The notes beneath the pieces are model-generated. The model was not told the DNA's origin. It made no database searches and saw only the letters and a list, made by a program, of their open reading frames with translations. This document shows positions 1 to 11,252 of a DNA stretch of 22,486 bases, one piece after another. The stretch's first letter is position 1. Each line of letters opens with the position of its first letter. The stretch is from contig JAQGDQ010001881.1 in assembly GCA_030141605.1 (NCBI GenBank), positions 1-22,486 of the forward strand, written 5' to 3'. Source of the DNA: Tubiluchus corallicola (lineage: Eukaryota; Animalia; Priapulida). The translations under genes and the position numbers were made by a program.

Positions 1-45
1 CGCACACACACGCACACACACACATGCACACACACACACGCACGT

Positions 46-99
<54 letters not shown>

Positions 100-237
100 A
101 CACGCATACACACACACACACATGCGTACACACACACACACATGCACACACACACGGACACACATACACACTCACGCACACGCATACACACACACACACA
201 CACGCACATGCGTACACGCACACACACACACATGCAC
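1..237. repeat. Imperfect (CA)n microsatellite
   Basis: Direct reading: CA dinucleotide run with CG/TA interruptions. The 24..260 HT-repeat ORF is an artefact of it. Confidence 0.97.
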
Positions 238-1283
238 AGGAAAACACTCTTAATGAATAAAGTTTAAAAATTCGTCTTGAAATTTTGTATCATTTACTTG
301 CTGTCTTATTGCACATTGAGCTTGCATCACCAACAACGCCATATAAAACTTGTAAATTTAAACTCTGGAGATGATCGTTAGGCGAAGCCATTTTGACGGT
401 AAGTCGTTTGAGACAGTTTAGATGATACTGTGCAAAGTCTTTCAAACAGGTAAGTGTAATGTTAAGTAATATAACCTTGTAGGGAAAATTCTTTGGGATG
501 TTCTTTAAAATTCCCCTTTCTTCCCCTTTAAACATTTTATCACTGCGTAAAATCTTCTTCTTTTTGATATAATGACTCTTCTGAGTTTGGGCATTCTAGC
601 TGTTTTCTTAAACGAATTTCTTGTCAAAAATACAAAAGAAATGTTTAAAACTGTGGCACTTATGCAACTCTATTTGACACAGTTGCTAACGCCAGTTAAA
701 CAATAGTAGATCCTCTAGTAACAATGTCAAAAGGTCACCAGCTGATCAATGGTGTTTATGTTGCTGCTGTGAGGTCACGTGAACACCCCCCTAAATGCTT
801 ACTAGATACGCCCCTTATGTTAATGAGCGTCTGAAACGCTGAATCTGATCAATGCGTTTGTATTTCAAACATTGACTTGATTAGATTTTAGTGAGGACAG
901 AGATGCCTTGTTGAAAGCACTAATGATAACAGACATTGTCTTGCCTCTTCATCTAATTACTGAGTTTCATTGAATCAACTCAACGTTCTGTCTGCATTTT
1001 AACCATGCTTACTCGAAATCTGAACCAAGTTGATGCCTCACTTTAGAAATGTTTGCGTAGACTGGGTGAATAGTCAAGTGGTCATATGAGTATGCTTCGC
1101 GAGGGAAGTTAAGCAAGGCCAGTTCCGGTCAGTGAATACAGCGAGGGGTTCGTTGGAAAAAAAACTATTTACAGTAGATGGTAATTAGTTGTAAGATACA
1201 CATGATATTGGGAATTTCCGGGTTGTGTTATGGTTTGGGGAAAAAGTTTTGTCACGTAATGCATTTAAGCGTTAATTTTGACT

Positions 1284-1352
1284 GAGTTGTATAGCCGAGT
1301 GGTCTAGATGTCAGACTGCAACCAAGCAGTCTTGAGTTCGATACTAGGAGCT
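1284..1352 (+). mobile_element. tRNA-derived SINE head (degenerate)
   Basis: Pol III box A-like TAGCCGAGTGG (1292-1302) and box B-like GAGTTCGATAC (1334-1344) at tRNA spacing. No convincing acceptor stem, so not a functional tRNA. Confidence 0.6.
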
Positions 1353-1999
1353 GCGAACGTCAAGAGCATATACCTTACAAGTTATTCGTTGTTTGTGTGT
1401 TGTGTCTTTACCCTGTATTGTAAGTGTAAAGATACATATATCTTTATTCGCCATAAAAGAATGATAGCATACATTATACAATGTGAAGTGATTGCCTGTC
1501 ATGAATGAGCTACACTGGCAAGGTACATTAGGTAAATGCGTCTGGTGCAGAAAATTAAAACTACGAGTTCAGTAGGAGTGTATAAAAACGCAAGTAATAA
1601 AGTAAAAAATGGTTTAAGCTACAGAAAAACACTCCTATCTTAAAAAAACTAAAGGATGCTTTTACTAATACAATCTTATATAAAATAATACATATCATAT
1701 AGGTAATATACACACGTATCTTGACGTAAACGCAAAACCATCTCACGGTACAATTAAACATTCGAACATTACAATAATTTGTGTTCATGTGTAAAGCAAT
1801 AGGCCCATATATCGTGTGTATATACATGTATACCTTCAATAAAACACGAGAAATATAAAACATTAGAAATACCTCACAACTTAAGTATTACAAAGACAAA
1901 TAAATCTTGTCTTTTGCCTTTTGGCGGGCAATGCAAGTGGTAAAATAAACTCCTCCTGGATCTTTCTATCATAATATGAGTACTAAGGTACCATTAGAT

Positions 2000-2457
2000 C
2001 AGGGGTGTGCAAATTGCGGCCCGCGAAGAGATTTGTCAACCTAATGAAAGTGCGGCCGGGGCGATTAATTGAGTGTATCCAACTGAATTCCGTGCCACGA
2101 TCCCAAAGATAGTGCAGGTAGTTTTTTCTACTAGATCGGATGCCATTAACCCTTACAAGACGGTTGTAGCTTAATGTCACTGTACTACACAGACTGTGTG
2201 ATACACATTACTAATATGCATTGTAATGAAATTACCACTATCTGTCCTGAAAGTAGAAATATATGGTTTCTAATATAAATTTTAATAACTTCTAAAATAG
2301 TTTCTTGAGTGTAGTAGTAATGATGTATGCAGGTCGGATGCAAAAAAATCGTTATTAGGCCATTCTGTACTTGGCTCCTTGATCAAACTGTCTGTGGCCT
2401 GCAGGAATTGTGGGAGTTTAATGTGGCCCAGTTAGTCAGATAATTTGCACACTCCTG
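2000..2457 (+). mobile_element. Non-autonomous hAT (Charlie-like) MITE, copy 1, complete
   Basis: TIRs CAGGGGTGTGCAAATT...AATTTGCACACTCCTG. Perfect 8-bp TSD CATTAGAT at 1992-1999 and 2458-2465. Homologous copies start at 9193 and 16889. Confidence 0.93.
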
Positions 2458-2903
2458 CATTAGATGTAGTATCATTCTTAGAATATCGTACTGCATAAAG
2501 ATATTGGTGTCATAAAAAAAACTTGGTCACGACACGGTTGAGAAAACTGTGCAGAGTTCCAAACATTTAATTAAACTTTGAAAATTTTGCACAATTGGAT
2601 GTGGAACTCGAGGGAACGTCTCTCTTCATTTGCAAGACAAATTTTAGCCATTATTATGGAAATTCGTGAGTTGGGAAGTAAAATAAGACATCGACTTACA
2701 AGTAGCGGCAAAGTCAATAGTTGACAAAAGCGTACGGTTAACATGTAACTAAAATAGAGAAGTTTAGTAGTGGCGTGCTTGTTTATACATCATTCATTCT
2801 TGTGTTACGATTGAGGAAATTTAGCCAACTTGAAACAGTTTTATGAACTTCAGCGCATCCTAACCGGTTTTTGAAGAAAACAAATATTGTCACATCGGTA
2901 CAT

Positions 2904-3505
2904 TTATGAATTATGAATTATGAATTTATTCCACAGCAACTCAAACATACATATAAATTGATATTACATTGAAAAAAATGAACTATGCGAGTTACTGTGA
3001 GGAGAAGGAAGGAGCATTGAGCTTTCGAGTCCTCCTCCAGATAAGTGAAACAATTGACAATTAACATTACATTTTCATCAGTTATAACGTACATTAGAAC
3101 AAAATAAGTTTTGTTAGTAACTTAAGATCAGGATGAGTAAAATTGTGAGTTAATTATACCGTTGTAGTAAGTAATTCTTTGATGCTTTTTTAAATTGATA
3201 AAGATTAAGAGTTTTCATTTCACGCGGAATTGATGACCATATTCTAATAGCATTATATTTTGATGACTGTTTCATTATATTTGTTTCTGGAAGAGGGAGT
3301 ACATAGTTTTCGACTGAATATCTTGTGTAATGATCATGTTGATTTGAAACTGAACTAAAGTATGACTGAAAAGCTGGTGGAAGTAGTGAATTATGATAGT
3401 GATACATGAAATGAAGACAATACATGTCATATATTTCTTTCACTTTAAGAGTTTTAACAAACAAGTAAATTATATTTGTGGGATGGTCATACCTTAGATG
3501 ATATA
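2904..3505 (-). mobile_element. 5'-truncated CR1/L2-group (Crack/Daphne-like) LINE 3' end: ORF2 C-terminus, 3'UTR and tail
   Basis: Minus-strand frame ending at 3150 reads FMYHYHNSLLPPAFQSYF...HDHYTR...SKYNAIRIWSSIPREMK...FKKASKNYLL, typical of the post-RT C-terminus of this group. It is followed by a 3'UTR, AATAAA and a (TTCATAA)3 tail at 2904-2930. Confidence 0.85.
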
Positions 3506-4371
3506 TTAGTTTGAGATTGTCCAAAGAGGTCGAACTGTTCTCTTTCCACGCATGCGCGCGTCGATATCTTCCGTTTTGAATAGAGTTGGATTATGTACGA
3601 TCGACCCCCTCTTCTCCTCAGATCTGCCCCCCCCCCCATTTTATCGCGTGTCATTGTGTCGCGAAAAGTTGACAGATGCGAATCGACGACACGTGGACAA
3701 AGCGATAAAGTTTTCGCTTCGTGCAATAAATAACAAGAGGAAGATGAAAGAGTTGAGGCTTCGCTTTTGATCAATGGAAATAACGTTCGGTTAGGATTTG
3801 ACATAACTCAGTTACGCAAAGTCGGATACGATTATGTTTGTTTGATTGAATTCGGGAAATGCTAGGGCCTTTCATGTGCTTGTTTGAACCAAACAAGGTC
3901 AAAATTTTAATAAATTCGTATTGATTTTTATTTTATCTGTAATGCCCAAAGCGTTTAAAATAATTTGATTCTGTTTGCGTGTAACTGATAGAAGCCAATT
4001 TTAAATTTTCTGAATTTGCGTAGGTCAGACTTACTCTGCCGAAACTGTGAAATTCTCGATGTTTTAAATATATTGTTTGCAATCCTAACAGTTTGTGGTG
4101 TGTTAAAACAGTTAACAGTTAACGCGACTAAACGCCACGGTTAAAAAGAGTTATGATAATTGAATCAGAAATGGAAGGGGAATAAGATTTCTTCTCATTT
4201 TTTTGTCCACAAGGGAGGCTTCCCAGTAAAAACTTGTAAAAAGCAGATACTGGGTTTATTTTGGTGGTAGCACATTGGATAAGGTGTGTATTCTCAAGAA
4301 ATTGCCGGTCGATATTGAAACTGGTTTCCGACAAACAACGGAATGGTCTTGTATGTTAATTAATTACTTAT

Positions 4372-4640
4372 CCATACCCAGCACCCCCCTCGGCCCGTTC
4401 CCGTTCTCTACATCTCAGACGTATAACTTTTGCAAAAAAACGGCCGAAAATGGCCATTTTTGGAGGTTTTGCGCCCCCCCCTTCCTCGCGGTGGGCCCAA
4501 TTCGAAAAATAAACCCCCAATGGCATGACACTAGATCGAGACCTTTCGTTTGATGTATAGATCGCCGCAAATGGTGCCCTCGTCCGGGCTGTAGCCTCGA
4601 ATCTTATATATATATATACCAAGAATATTAATATAAGAGA
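4372..4640 (-). mobile_element. Probable non-autonomous Helitron-like element, 5' terminal region
   Basis: The minus strand begins A|TCTCTTATATTAATATTCTTGG(TA)n, resembling TC-start Helitron 5' ends followed by a microsatellite (recalled pattern). No 3' hairpin/CTAG end was found, so the left boundary is uncertain. Confidence 0.45.
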
Positions 4641-4914
4641 TGGCGTTTCAGTGTAAAGATTTGCACAGGTGTAAGATAGAGATTCAATATGATTTGCTGC
4701 TTCAAGTCGTTGCTAAGTTTTTTAGTGGTATTTGGAGTGGTCGTCTGTGCTAGTAACTACCTCTTTGCCTTAAGTTTTGGCTGTAATCATTTACTGAATA
4801 TAATTGGTACATTCTCAGTCTAGGCTGTACAATGAGTTTCATTCGCTATGAAATAAAATATGTTATGCCACAATTTATTCCCTACTGTGGGAGGAACCAC
4901 GACTTACCTGTCCA

Positions 4915-5102
4915 GTGGAGACAAACGCCCGCATCAAAATACGTAGACGTGTTTAAAATTTTACACTTTGGTCCTCTATTCTTAGGCCACCTTCAGAAAA
5001 CACCTACAGCCAAAAAATGGATTGTGAAGAGGCCTAAATGTAATGGGTCGAAAAATGAAATTTTAGCCACGTCTACCAGTTTTTGTGTGTTTTTGTCTTC
5101 TG
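4915..5102. repeat. Long imperfect inverted repeat (foldback/MITE remnant)
   Basis: Arm 4935-~5000 (CAAAATACGTAGACGTGTTTAAAATTT...TAGGCCACCTTCAGAA) is the degenerate reverse complement of ~5019-5085 (GATTGTGAAGAGGCCTA...AAATTTTAGCCACGTCTACCAGTTTTTG). Confidence 0.6.
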
Positions 5103-5595
5103 TTTATTCTCTATACTTGGAGAGATGTACCCATGCCATGCCTTAATGACACTGATACGTTTACAGAATTGTTGTCACAGGTAAAGCGAAAAAAGTGAAT
5201 AAGCATTTTCATTTATATGTTCGCAAAAGTCTCTTATGTAAGAAACAAGACAAACTTAGGCAGTCTAGTGTGTTTTGCATATTGGTAATTCTAGTTAGTT
5301 AGTAATAATTTGAACATTATTGTAGAATGTTCATGCTGTTGCCACACTGGTGATGATGGTTGAACAAATCTGAACTTCACAAAAACATTGTGAGTTTGTG
5401 GATAGCTTCTGTAGTGTTGCCATGGCAACTAAAAACAATGCTGTACTGTGGCGACCTTAAATCAGGTTAAACCACATACGTGTAGTAATAAAACTGAAAT
5501 TGACTTTAATACCTAGCTTTGACTGAAAAGTGGTTTCACTGTCGCAGAAGTAAATCTATGATTACTCTTTGTAATGTTATTTGCTTTTTTACCAG

Positions 5596-5715
5596 GTGGT
5601 GGAGCTGCTGTTGCGAGCTGAGGTCAAGGTCAACATCAAGGACACACAGGGCAACACTCCACTGCATTACTGTTGCTCGCACGGTTGTGCTGAATCTGCT
5701 TGGACTCTCATAAAG
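5596..5715 (+). CDS. ANKRD27: Internal coding exon of ankyrin-repeat protein (ANKRD27/VARP-like)
   Basis: Acceptor tttttaccag|GTG and donor AAG|gtacgt; 120 nt, phase 0-0. Encodes VVELLLRAEVKVNIKDTQGNTPLHYCCSHGCAESAWTLIK, an ankyrin consensus. It resembles my recollection of human ANKRD27 VVKCLLDSNAKPNKKDLSGNTPLIYACSGG. The exon call is firmer than the symbol. Confidence 0.88.
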
Positions 5716-5844
5716 GTACGTAGATCAACTAAATATTTGGACTGGCCGCAGGTCTGGTGCCAAGTACTTACTCATGTTGTTGTTCTTGTTGCTGTACACC
5801 CTTCATAAAGAGAGCTAAGCCTTCGTACTGAGCAGTTGGATCAA

Positions 5845-5879
5845 AATGATATCTAGTAGGGGAACTACTAGATATCATT
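5845..5879. repeat. Perfect 15-bp hairpin with 5-nt loop
   Basis: AATGATATCTAGTAG-GGGAA-CTACTAGATATCATT. GGGGAACTAC recurs at 5911-5920. Confidence 0.9.
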
Positions 5880-6335
5880 GGGTAATACCATGCTAGATAC
5901 CATGCACACTGGGGAACTACCGACACAGTAACAGAGATTTTTTTCTTGACTCTCCTCTTTCCCCTGTAGGGGGTGCTTTGGTGGTAACCCCAGAAAATTT
6001 CACCTTTCTACTTCACAAGTTCCACTCCACCATTTCGTCATGAAATTGCATATGGTTTTTGATGTGTAGCAGAGCTCAAATTTTGATTTTTTCCCCGTGG
6101 AGGGTTTGGACAGGTAACGACTGGTGCTCATTGCCCCTCATTGCCCAAAAGGCTAGTTATTTTTAGTGTTAATATTCTATAGAAACTGTGTACAGTATAA
6201 CTGATTTTAGTCCTTGATAATCTGTCTGTGGAAAGTATTAAACCTGAACCAGAGCTTCCCTATAGAAAGCTGTTAAACTAGAAGTTTAAGCTACACCAAA
6301 CAGACCGAATGGTTTTGAATTGTAACGTATCAACT

Positions 6336-6810
6336 TTTTCTTCTTCCCAGCTTTTCCCTATTCAAGGACGCCATTGTGAATGAGTCTTCTCGACACATTC
6401 CTGTTGTTGACCATCTCTTCATTTATGTCTTCCCTTCCCACAAGATCTTCACCGACTCTTCTTTTCAGGTGTCCATACCATCGCAATCTTGCGAGGCTTC
6501 CACTACTTTTACTGTTCCTCTGATATTATTATTTCTAATTTTATCTCTTCTTGTTATTCCCACCATCCATCTCAACATCCTCATCTCCACCACACCCATT
6601 TTCTTCTCTTCGGTCTTCTTTAGAGAAGCTGCTTCCAGCCCATAGATTAGAGCGGGTCTGACCACTTCTTTGTGGACTTTACCTTTAAGTCTCACCGACT
6701 CATTCATAGAAGGTTTTCGCGCAGTTTTTACAGGCAGATACCCTTCCTGACCCTAACCCTCCCTATTTATCTGGGCTTGGGACCAGCACCCCCCCCCCGT
6801 GGTTAGGTTC
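6336..6810 (-). mobile_element. RTE-clade retroelement remnant: 5'UTR-like motif joined to ORF C-terminus and GAA tail
   Basis: Minus strand encodes KGKVHKEVVRPALIYGLEA...EMRMLRWMVGITRRDKIRN, then frameshifts to WYGHLKRR, the RTE/BovB-like C-terminus. GAA-rich tail at ~6336-6346. At ~6715-6790 the minus strand reads GTGCTGGTCCCAAGCCCAGATAAATAGGGAGGGTT...GTCAGGAAGGGTATC, which I recall from RTE 5' regions. Confidence 0.82.
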
Positions 6811-6897
6811 GACTTGTAACAATTTTTTTTGGTTTATTGCACTGATAAAAGCTCATACTCATGTTACTGAACAATGACTAACTGATAATTTATAAAT

Positions 6898-7330
6898 TTC
6901 TTCTTCTTCAAAATCTCATTCCATCTGCTGTAGACATGAAAGCATCAACATTTATCAGAGTATTCCACCCACTTCTATCTGCAGCTAACAATGTCAGCTA
7001 GCTCTTCTACTCCTAAAGATAGATTTGGTTGAAGTTGTTGAACATCTTTATTTATCTTAGCTATCCAAGTTGTTTTTGGTTTACCAGGTGGTTTTTTGCA
7101 AGGTTTTAAGGATACCCCAATGGCAATTCTTACTGGTGCTTCATTTGGTAATCTTAGAAGCTGCCCTAGCCATGTTAATCTTCGGATATTGATTTTTGAA
7201 CTCCAAAGAATTTCTTTCGTTCTAGTGTAATCTTCACTTTTGATTAAGTATGGTCATTTTATAATTTTTAATAGCTGAGGTGAAATAAAAGCTATAGTGT
7301 CTATGTTAATCTCAATTTGGAGGTAACGTT
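6898..7330 (-). mobile_element. Second, distinct RTE-type LINE 3' fragment
   Basis: Minus-strand translation gives WSSKINIRRLTWLGQLLRLPNEAPVRIA...KKPPGKPKTTWIAKINKDV, then after a frameshift LAADRSGWNTL. (GAA)4 tail at 6898-6909. 5' limit approximate. Confidence 0.78.
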
Positions 7331-7974
7331 TCAAGTAGTACATTTCAAATATATTTTAAATTCTAATTCCTGTATTTAGTATATTGTTGCTTCATATAAA
7401 AGTTTATAAATAAGTAAACATTTAAGTATTATGAAAAGTAAATTGAGATGAGATTAAATTTTATTCGTTGTTGTAATTTTATCCTCTCACTATTCTTGTG
7501 TAATCGGTTTGGTCATTTGAAACGAATCTTCTTTTTTATTATTTCACTTTCTAAACGCCCCACTCTGAATTTCTTGATCCTACTGTGAAATTTTTGCGAA
7601 ATTTTAATCATGCTTTGACACTTTCATAAAGCGACCAAGTTGATTGATCTATTTTCAATACATTCGTGTCTCTGTGTGCGCAGAATTTCCTGGATATTCA
7701 CCGCGGTGAATGGTTAATTAATATGTATTGAGCGGGGGAAAACGGGAAGAGAGAGCTCCCCGGATTTGTCCCCGGGATGATGTACGACCCGAGTGTTCTC
7801 GAGTGTTGCATTGTTCAAACTGACAGGACACTTTCACCCAACTCGTCATAATCTTTCTGAGAAACATTTATGTCTTCCTGCTCATAAAAATGATTAGAAG
7901 TTCTGTATTTTGGACTGGTCTTCTAAACCAAAACTTTAAGAAAGTACAAAAAGGGTAGACCCAGTTCTTTTACT

Positions 7975-8255
7975 TTCAGTTGAGTTGCGTTTGGTTTAGG
8001 AAATTTTCGCTTTGAGTTTCATTTTGTTTGACGTAATTTTTTGCTATAAGTTAAATTCCGTTTCGCGTTGCTTGTGAAAACTTCCTTTTATTCTGAGTGA
8101 AATTGCATTTTTGCTTTGAGTAGATTTTTGTTGCTCTTTTGTTTGATCTTATTTTTTGCTCTACATTGAATTTCATTAATTTTTTGCTTGATGTTATTCC
8201 TTGTTATGCTTTGAATTGCATTTCTGCTTTGAGTTGCTTTTTGTTGCTTTTGTCT
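7975..8255. repeat. Degenerate T-rich tandem repeat
   Basis: Recurrent (T)TTGAGTTGC / TTGAATTGCATTT(T/C)TGCTTTGAGT motifs. The 8088..8372 ORF overlaps this low-complexity tract. Confidence 0.45.
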
Positions 8256-8309
8256 TTTATACAAACACAAACATCTAAAAATGTCATGAGCCTGTGAGTA
8301 AACTTGCAT

Positions 8310-8452
8310 TTTTAATAAGGGGCAGCTGACCAAGTGACCAATAGGTCTTTCGCTGCTCCTTCTCAGCTGCAATGAAATGTAAAAATAATTGTAACGAATT
8401 TTAACTGCTATTGAGAAAATAAAATTGAATTGAATTGAATTGAAGTTGAATT
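8310..8452 (+). mobile_element. CR1/L2-group LINE or SINE 3' tail remnant
   Basis: Short structured 3'UTR-like segment (GGGGCAGC...GCTGCTCC), then AATAAA and a (TTGAA)n tail at ~8418-8452. Same layout as the tail at 2904-2930. Confidence 0.55.
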
Positions 8453-8466
8453 AACACGTTCATTAA

Positions 8467-8905
8467 CCCTTTCATACCCGTTGTATCCCGTGGGATACGA
8501 GAATATTTTCTGCCTTTAAAATTAATGAAATTTTAAAACTGACAGTTATTTGATCTGTTAATAGTTATTTTGATTTAAGCCAATAACAACAGACTAAAAA
8601 TGGTGATAAAATGGCAAACTAGAAAATCTACGTAGCATAAAAAACTGTGCAAGGTACAGTACTTTAGACACGACTTTGTACAGATCAGCATAGCGTGCAT
8701 ACTAAATGTCTTAAATACTTTAAAAAATTATCAGCAGTTGTAAAATGAAGCACATTTTTTGCTTTTGTTGTGTTTTTAAAAAAGTCGGATTTTGTTTTTT
8801 TGCACATGACAAAGAATGTTGTGCATCCCATAGGATACATTGGGAACAAAAGTACCGAGCCGAAAATTTTTTTCTTATTAAAAAAATAATTTGGGACTGA
8901 AAGGG
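8467..8905 (+). mobile_element. Non-autonomous piggyBac-type element, short copy A
   Basis: TTAA TSD at 8463-8466 and 8906-8909. Termini CCCTTTCA...TGAAAGGG. Subterminal palindromes GTATCCCGTGGGATAC and GCATCCCATAGGATAC. Strand is arbitrary. Confidence 0.88.
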
Positions 8906-9192
8906 TTAAACACAGACGATCGTTTCGATTTAGCATTCACTTTTAATACTGCAAATGAAGCGAAAAAGGAGTAATTAGTACTTTAGATACTGCCGATATT
9001 AAGGCACACAATATGTCATTACAAAATCAAGGAATGGAATACAAATTATCAGAATAAATTGGGTATAGCTAGAAAGAAATTCAAAAGAAATGTAAACAAT
9101 TATCTTATGTACGAGATACAGAAAAGTTCACAAAGCAATAAACCATTAATCTAAGTTTACATAATGAAGAACCACAGTAATGAACGCTAGAA

Positions 9193-9588
9193 CAGGGGTG
9201 TGCAAATTACGGTCCGTCGAGAGAATTTGTGCGTCCCGCGAAGAGATTTGTCAACCTAATGAAAGTGCGACCCAGGCGATTAATTGAGTGTATCCAGCTG
9301 AAGTTTGTGCCACGATCCCAAAGATAGTGCGGGTAGTTTTTTCTACTAGATCGGATGCCATTAACCCTTACAAGATGGTTGTAGCTTAATGTCACTGTAC
9401 TATACAGACTGTGTGATACAAATTACTAATATGCATTGTAATGAAATTACCACTATCTGTCCTGAAAGTAGAAATATATGGTTTGTAATATTAATTTTAA
9501 TAACTTCTAAAATAGTTTCTTCAGTGTAGTAGTAATGATGTACGCAGGTCGGATGCAAAAAAAATGATTATTAGGTCTTTCTGTAGTT
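9193..9588 (+). mobile_element. hAT MITE copy 2, truncated at right end
   Basis: Starts CAGGGGTGTGCAAATT and is colinear with copy 1 until ~9588. Right TIR absent. Left flank is CGCTAGAA. Confidence 0.9.
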
Positions 9589-11252
9589 GTGAATAGATAG
9601 AGTGTGAAAGTGTTGGGTGTAATGAATTCACCTGTATAGTTTTTGTTATTCGAAACTTTCATAATTCTCCCAAGGTTATGGGATGGCAAGCTTATCATCA
9701 GCATCATCATTTAGGTGATATTGCTGTTGTCACTTTTGTTTTATGATCCGTGGTTGATGGCCAGATTTACGTTCGACATTAATTTCGCATCTTTTGTTGG
9801 TTTCTGCGAATTCTCTGCCTTGAGAAGAATGGAGAATTCGTGGAATTTATGTCATGTCATCGTGATCTTTTATATTGACGTCTTTCACTTTTTCGTGTCG
9901 AATGGCGGTCGGAGCAAAAAGTAGTTCATAATAGACGCCTGGCAAGCGAGAGAGAATAATCAAGAAACCTCAATTTCGTTTTCCTAATACAAAGTTGTAT
10001 GTATTTTGTTACTGTTATAAGCTTATCGTAACTTTATTGCATCCCTTGGTAGTGACCCAGCCTGAAGGTACAATGATAATGCTTACTCTCGGAAGTAGGG
10101 AAGCATGAGTCAGAAAATTTGAATATCATGTGTGGAAATTGTAACTGTATATTTTTAGGTGCTGCCATCTATTAACTAATCCCTTTACATTTTACTAGCT
10201 AAACTCACCCCCAGTATAATTGTACGGTCCAGTGAATATGCATACTCACTGGATCTCTCCCTATTTTACAGTAATGGTTTTTGTGAAGCCAAGTTTGCAT
10301 AATCACCTATACCTATATATACTGACTGGATTCTACTTTTAGTCACTCTCTGTCTCACTCTCAATGCAGTGCAGAAATCATGCCAGTCGTGCTACACAAT
10401 GTCACTTACTGTCTAACTCTCAGTGATCAGTGCAGGACACTCTTGTTCTCAGTGTTCAGTGTAGCAGTCATTCTACATATGTGTATGTAGTCTAATAAAC
10501 GCTTTTCAGTTTTGAGCAGCCTTAAACAATGACTTTCACATGATGCAAAGAACCTACTTTTCATTGAAATTTTTGAAAACAATCAACTGCAGATGATGTG
10601 AACCGTCCAAGGGGGGCGCCACATGCACTTTGCATGACAATGCATTATAATCACTTGTTTAAACGCTCCACTAACCTGTCGGTTTAGTTTTCTACAATAG
10701 TAAGACTAGTTAAGATAGATTTTTACTTTTTAGTCACTAATACAGCGAAAGTTCATGGATTGTGTTTCAGTACATTCGACACCCTGCAATGTTCTTTCGC
10801 CTGGGCTGAAGCCATCTATTGTTTAGCGGTTTCTGAATCGCGGCTCTGGCTTCATTGCATTTATAACTGTTCTACTAATTAGAAATCCTGGTTTTACAAG
10901 GCGAGACAAATACACAGAGAAACTCCGCTGCCATAAATTAAACTCATTATTCTAGTCTAATTATGCAGCATAACAATCAGTTGCCAGGCAAATTTATAAT
11001 GCTGAATGAGCAGATTTTTCACGACATTTAATTCACCAACGCTGATTTATACTTACTAACAACAGTGATTAACACTTGCTTAATTAACCCAGCTTGTTAG
11101 ATGCTATTTGTTTTTCTAAGACGGATGACATTTAAGTTTCGCTAGACTAATTTTCCATGAAGGACACCCAAGTTTTAACACATTTTACTGACATTTGGGT
11201 TTAGTAGTTTAGTATTTCCTCCTCTTGTTTGCTTCATAAAAATGATTATTAA

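Noticed and set aside
290-535. 81-aa minus-strand ORF
   Set aside because: No recognisable domain and no convincing splice context; antisense to the host gene intron.
1100-1140. GAAGTTAAGCAAGG...CCGGTCAGT resembling 5S box A (and TACTAGATGGGTGACC at ~22108-22123 resembling box C)
   Set aside because: Too short and degenerate to call. They may be eroded SINE3 remnants but cannot be told from chance by eye.
1983-2180. Repeated small ORF MTLSYNRLVRVNGIRSS... (also 9207-9395 and 17168-17476) as a gene family
   Set aside because: It lies inside the three MITE copies, starts at GTG, has inconsistent C-termini and shows no recognisable transposase motif.
7696-7711. 16-bp perfect palindrome ATTCACCGCGGTGAAT in a small GC-rich patch
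   Set aside because: Isolated, with no termini, TSD or second copy to give it meaning.
9645-9705. Hammerhead-like CTGATGA...GAAA on the minus strand
   Set aside because: The stem II closing pair is wrong (T/T), and no stem III with a UH cleavage triplet or stem I could be formed.
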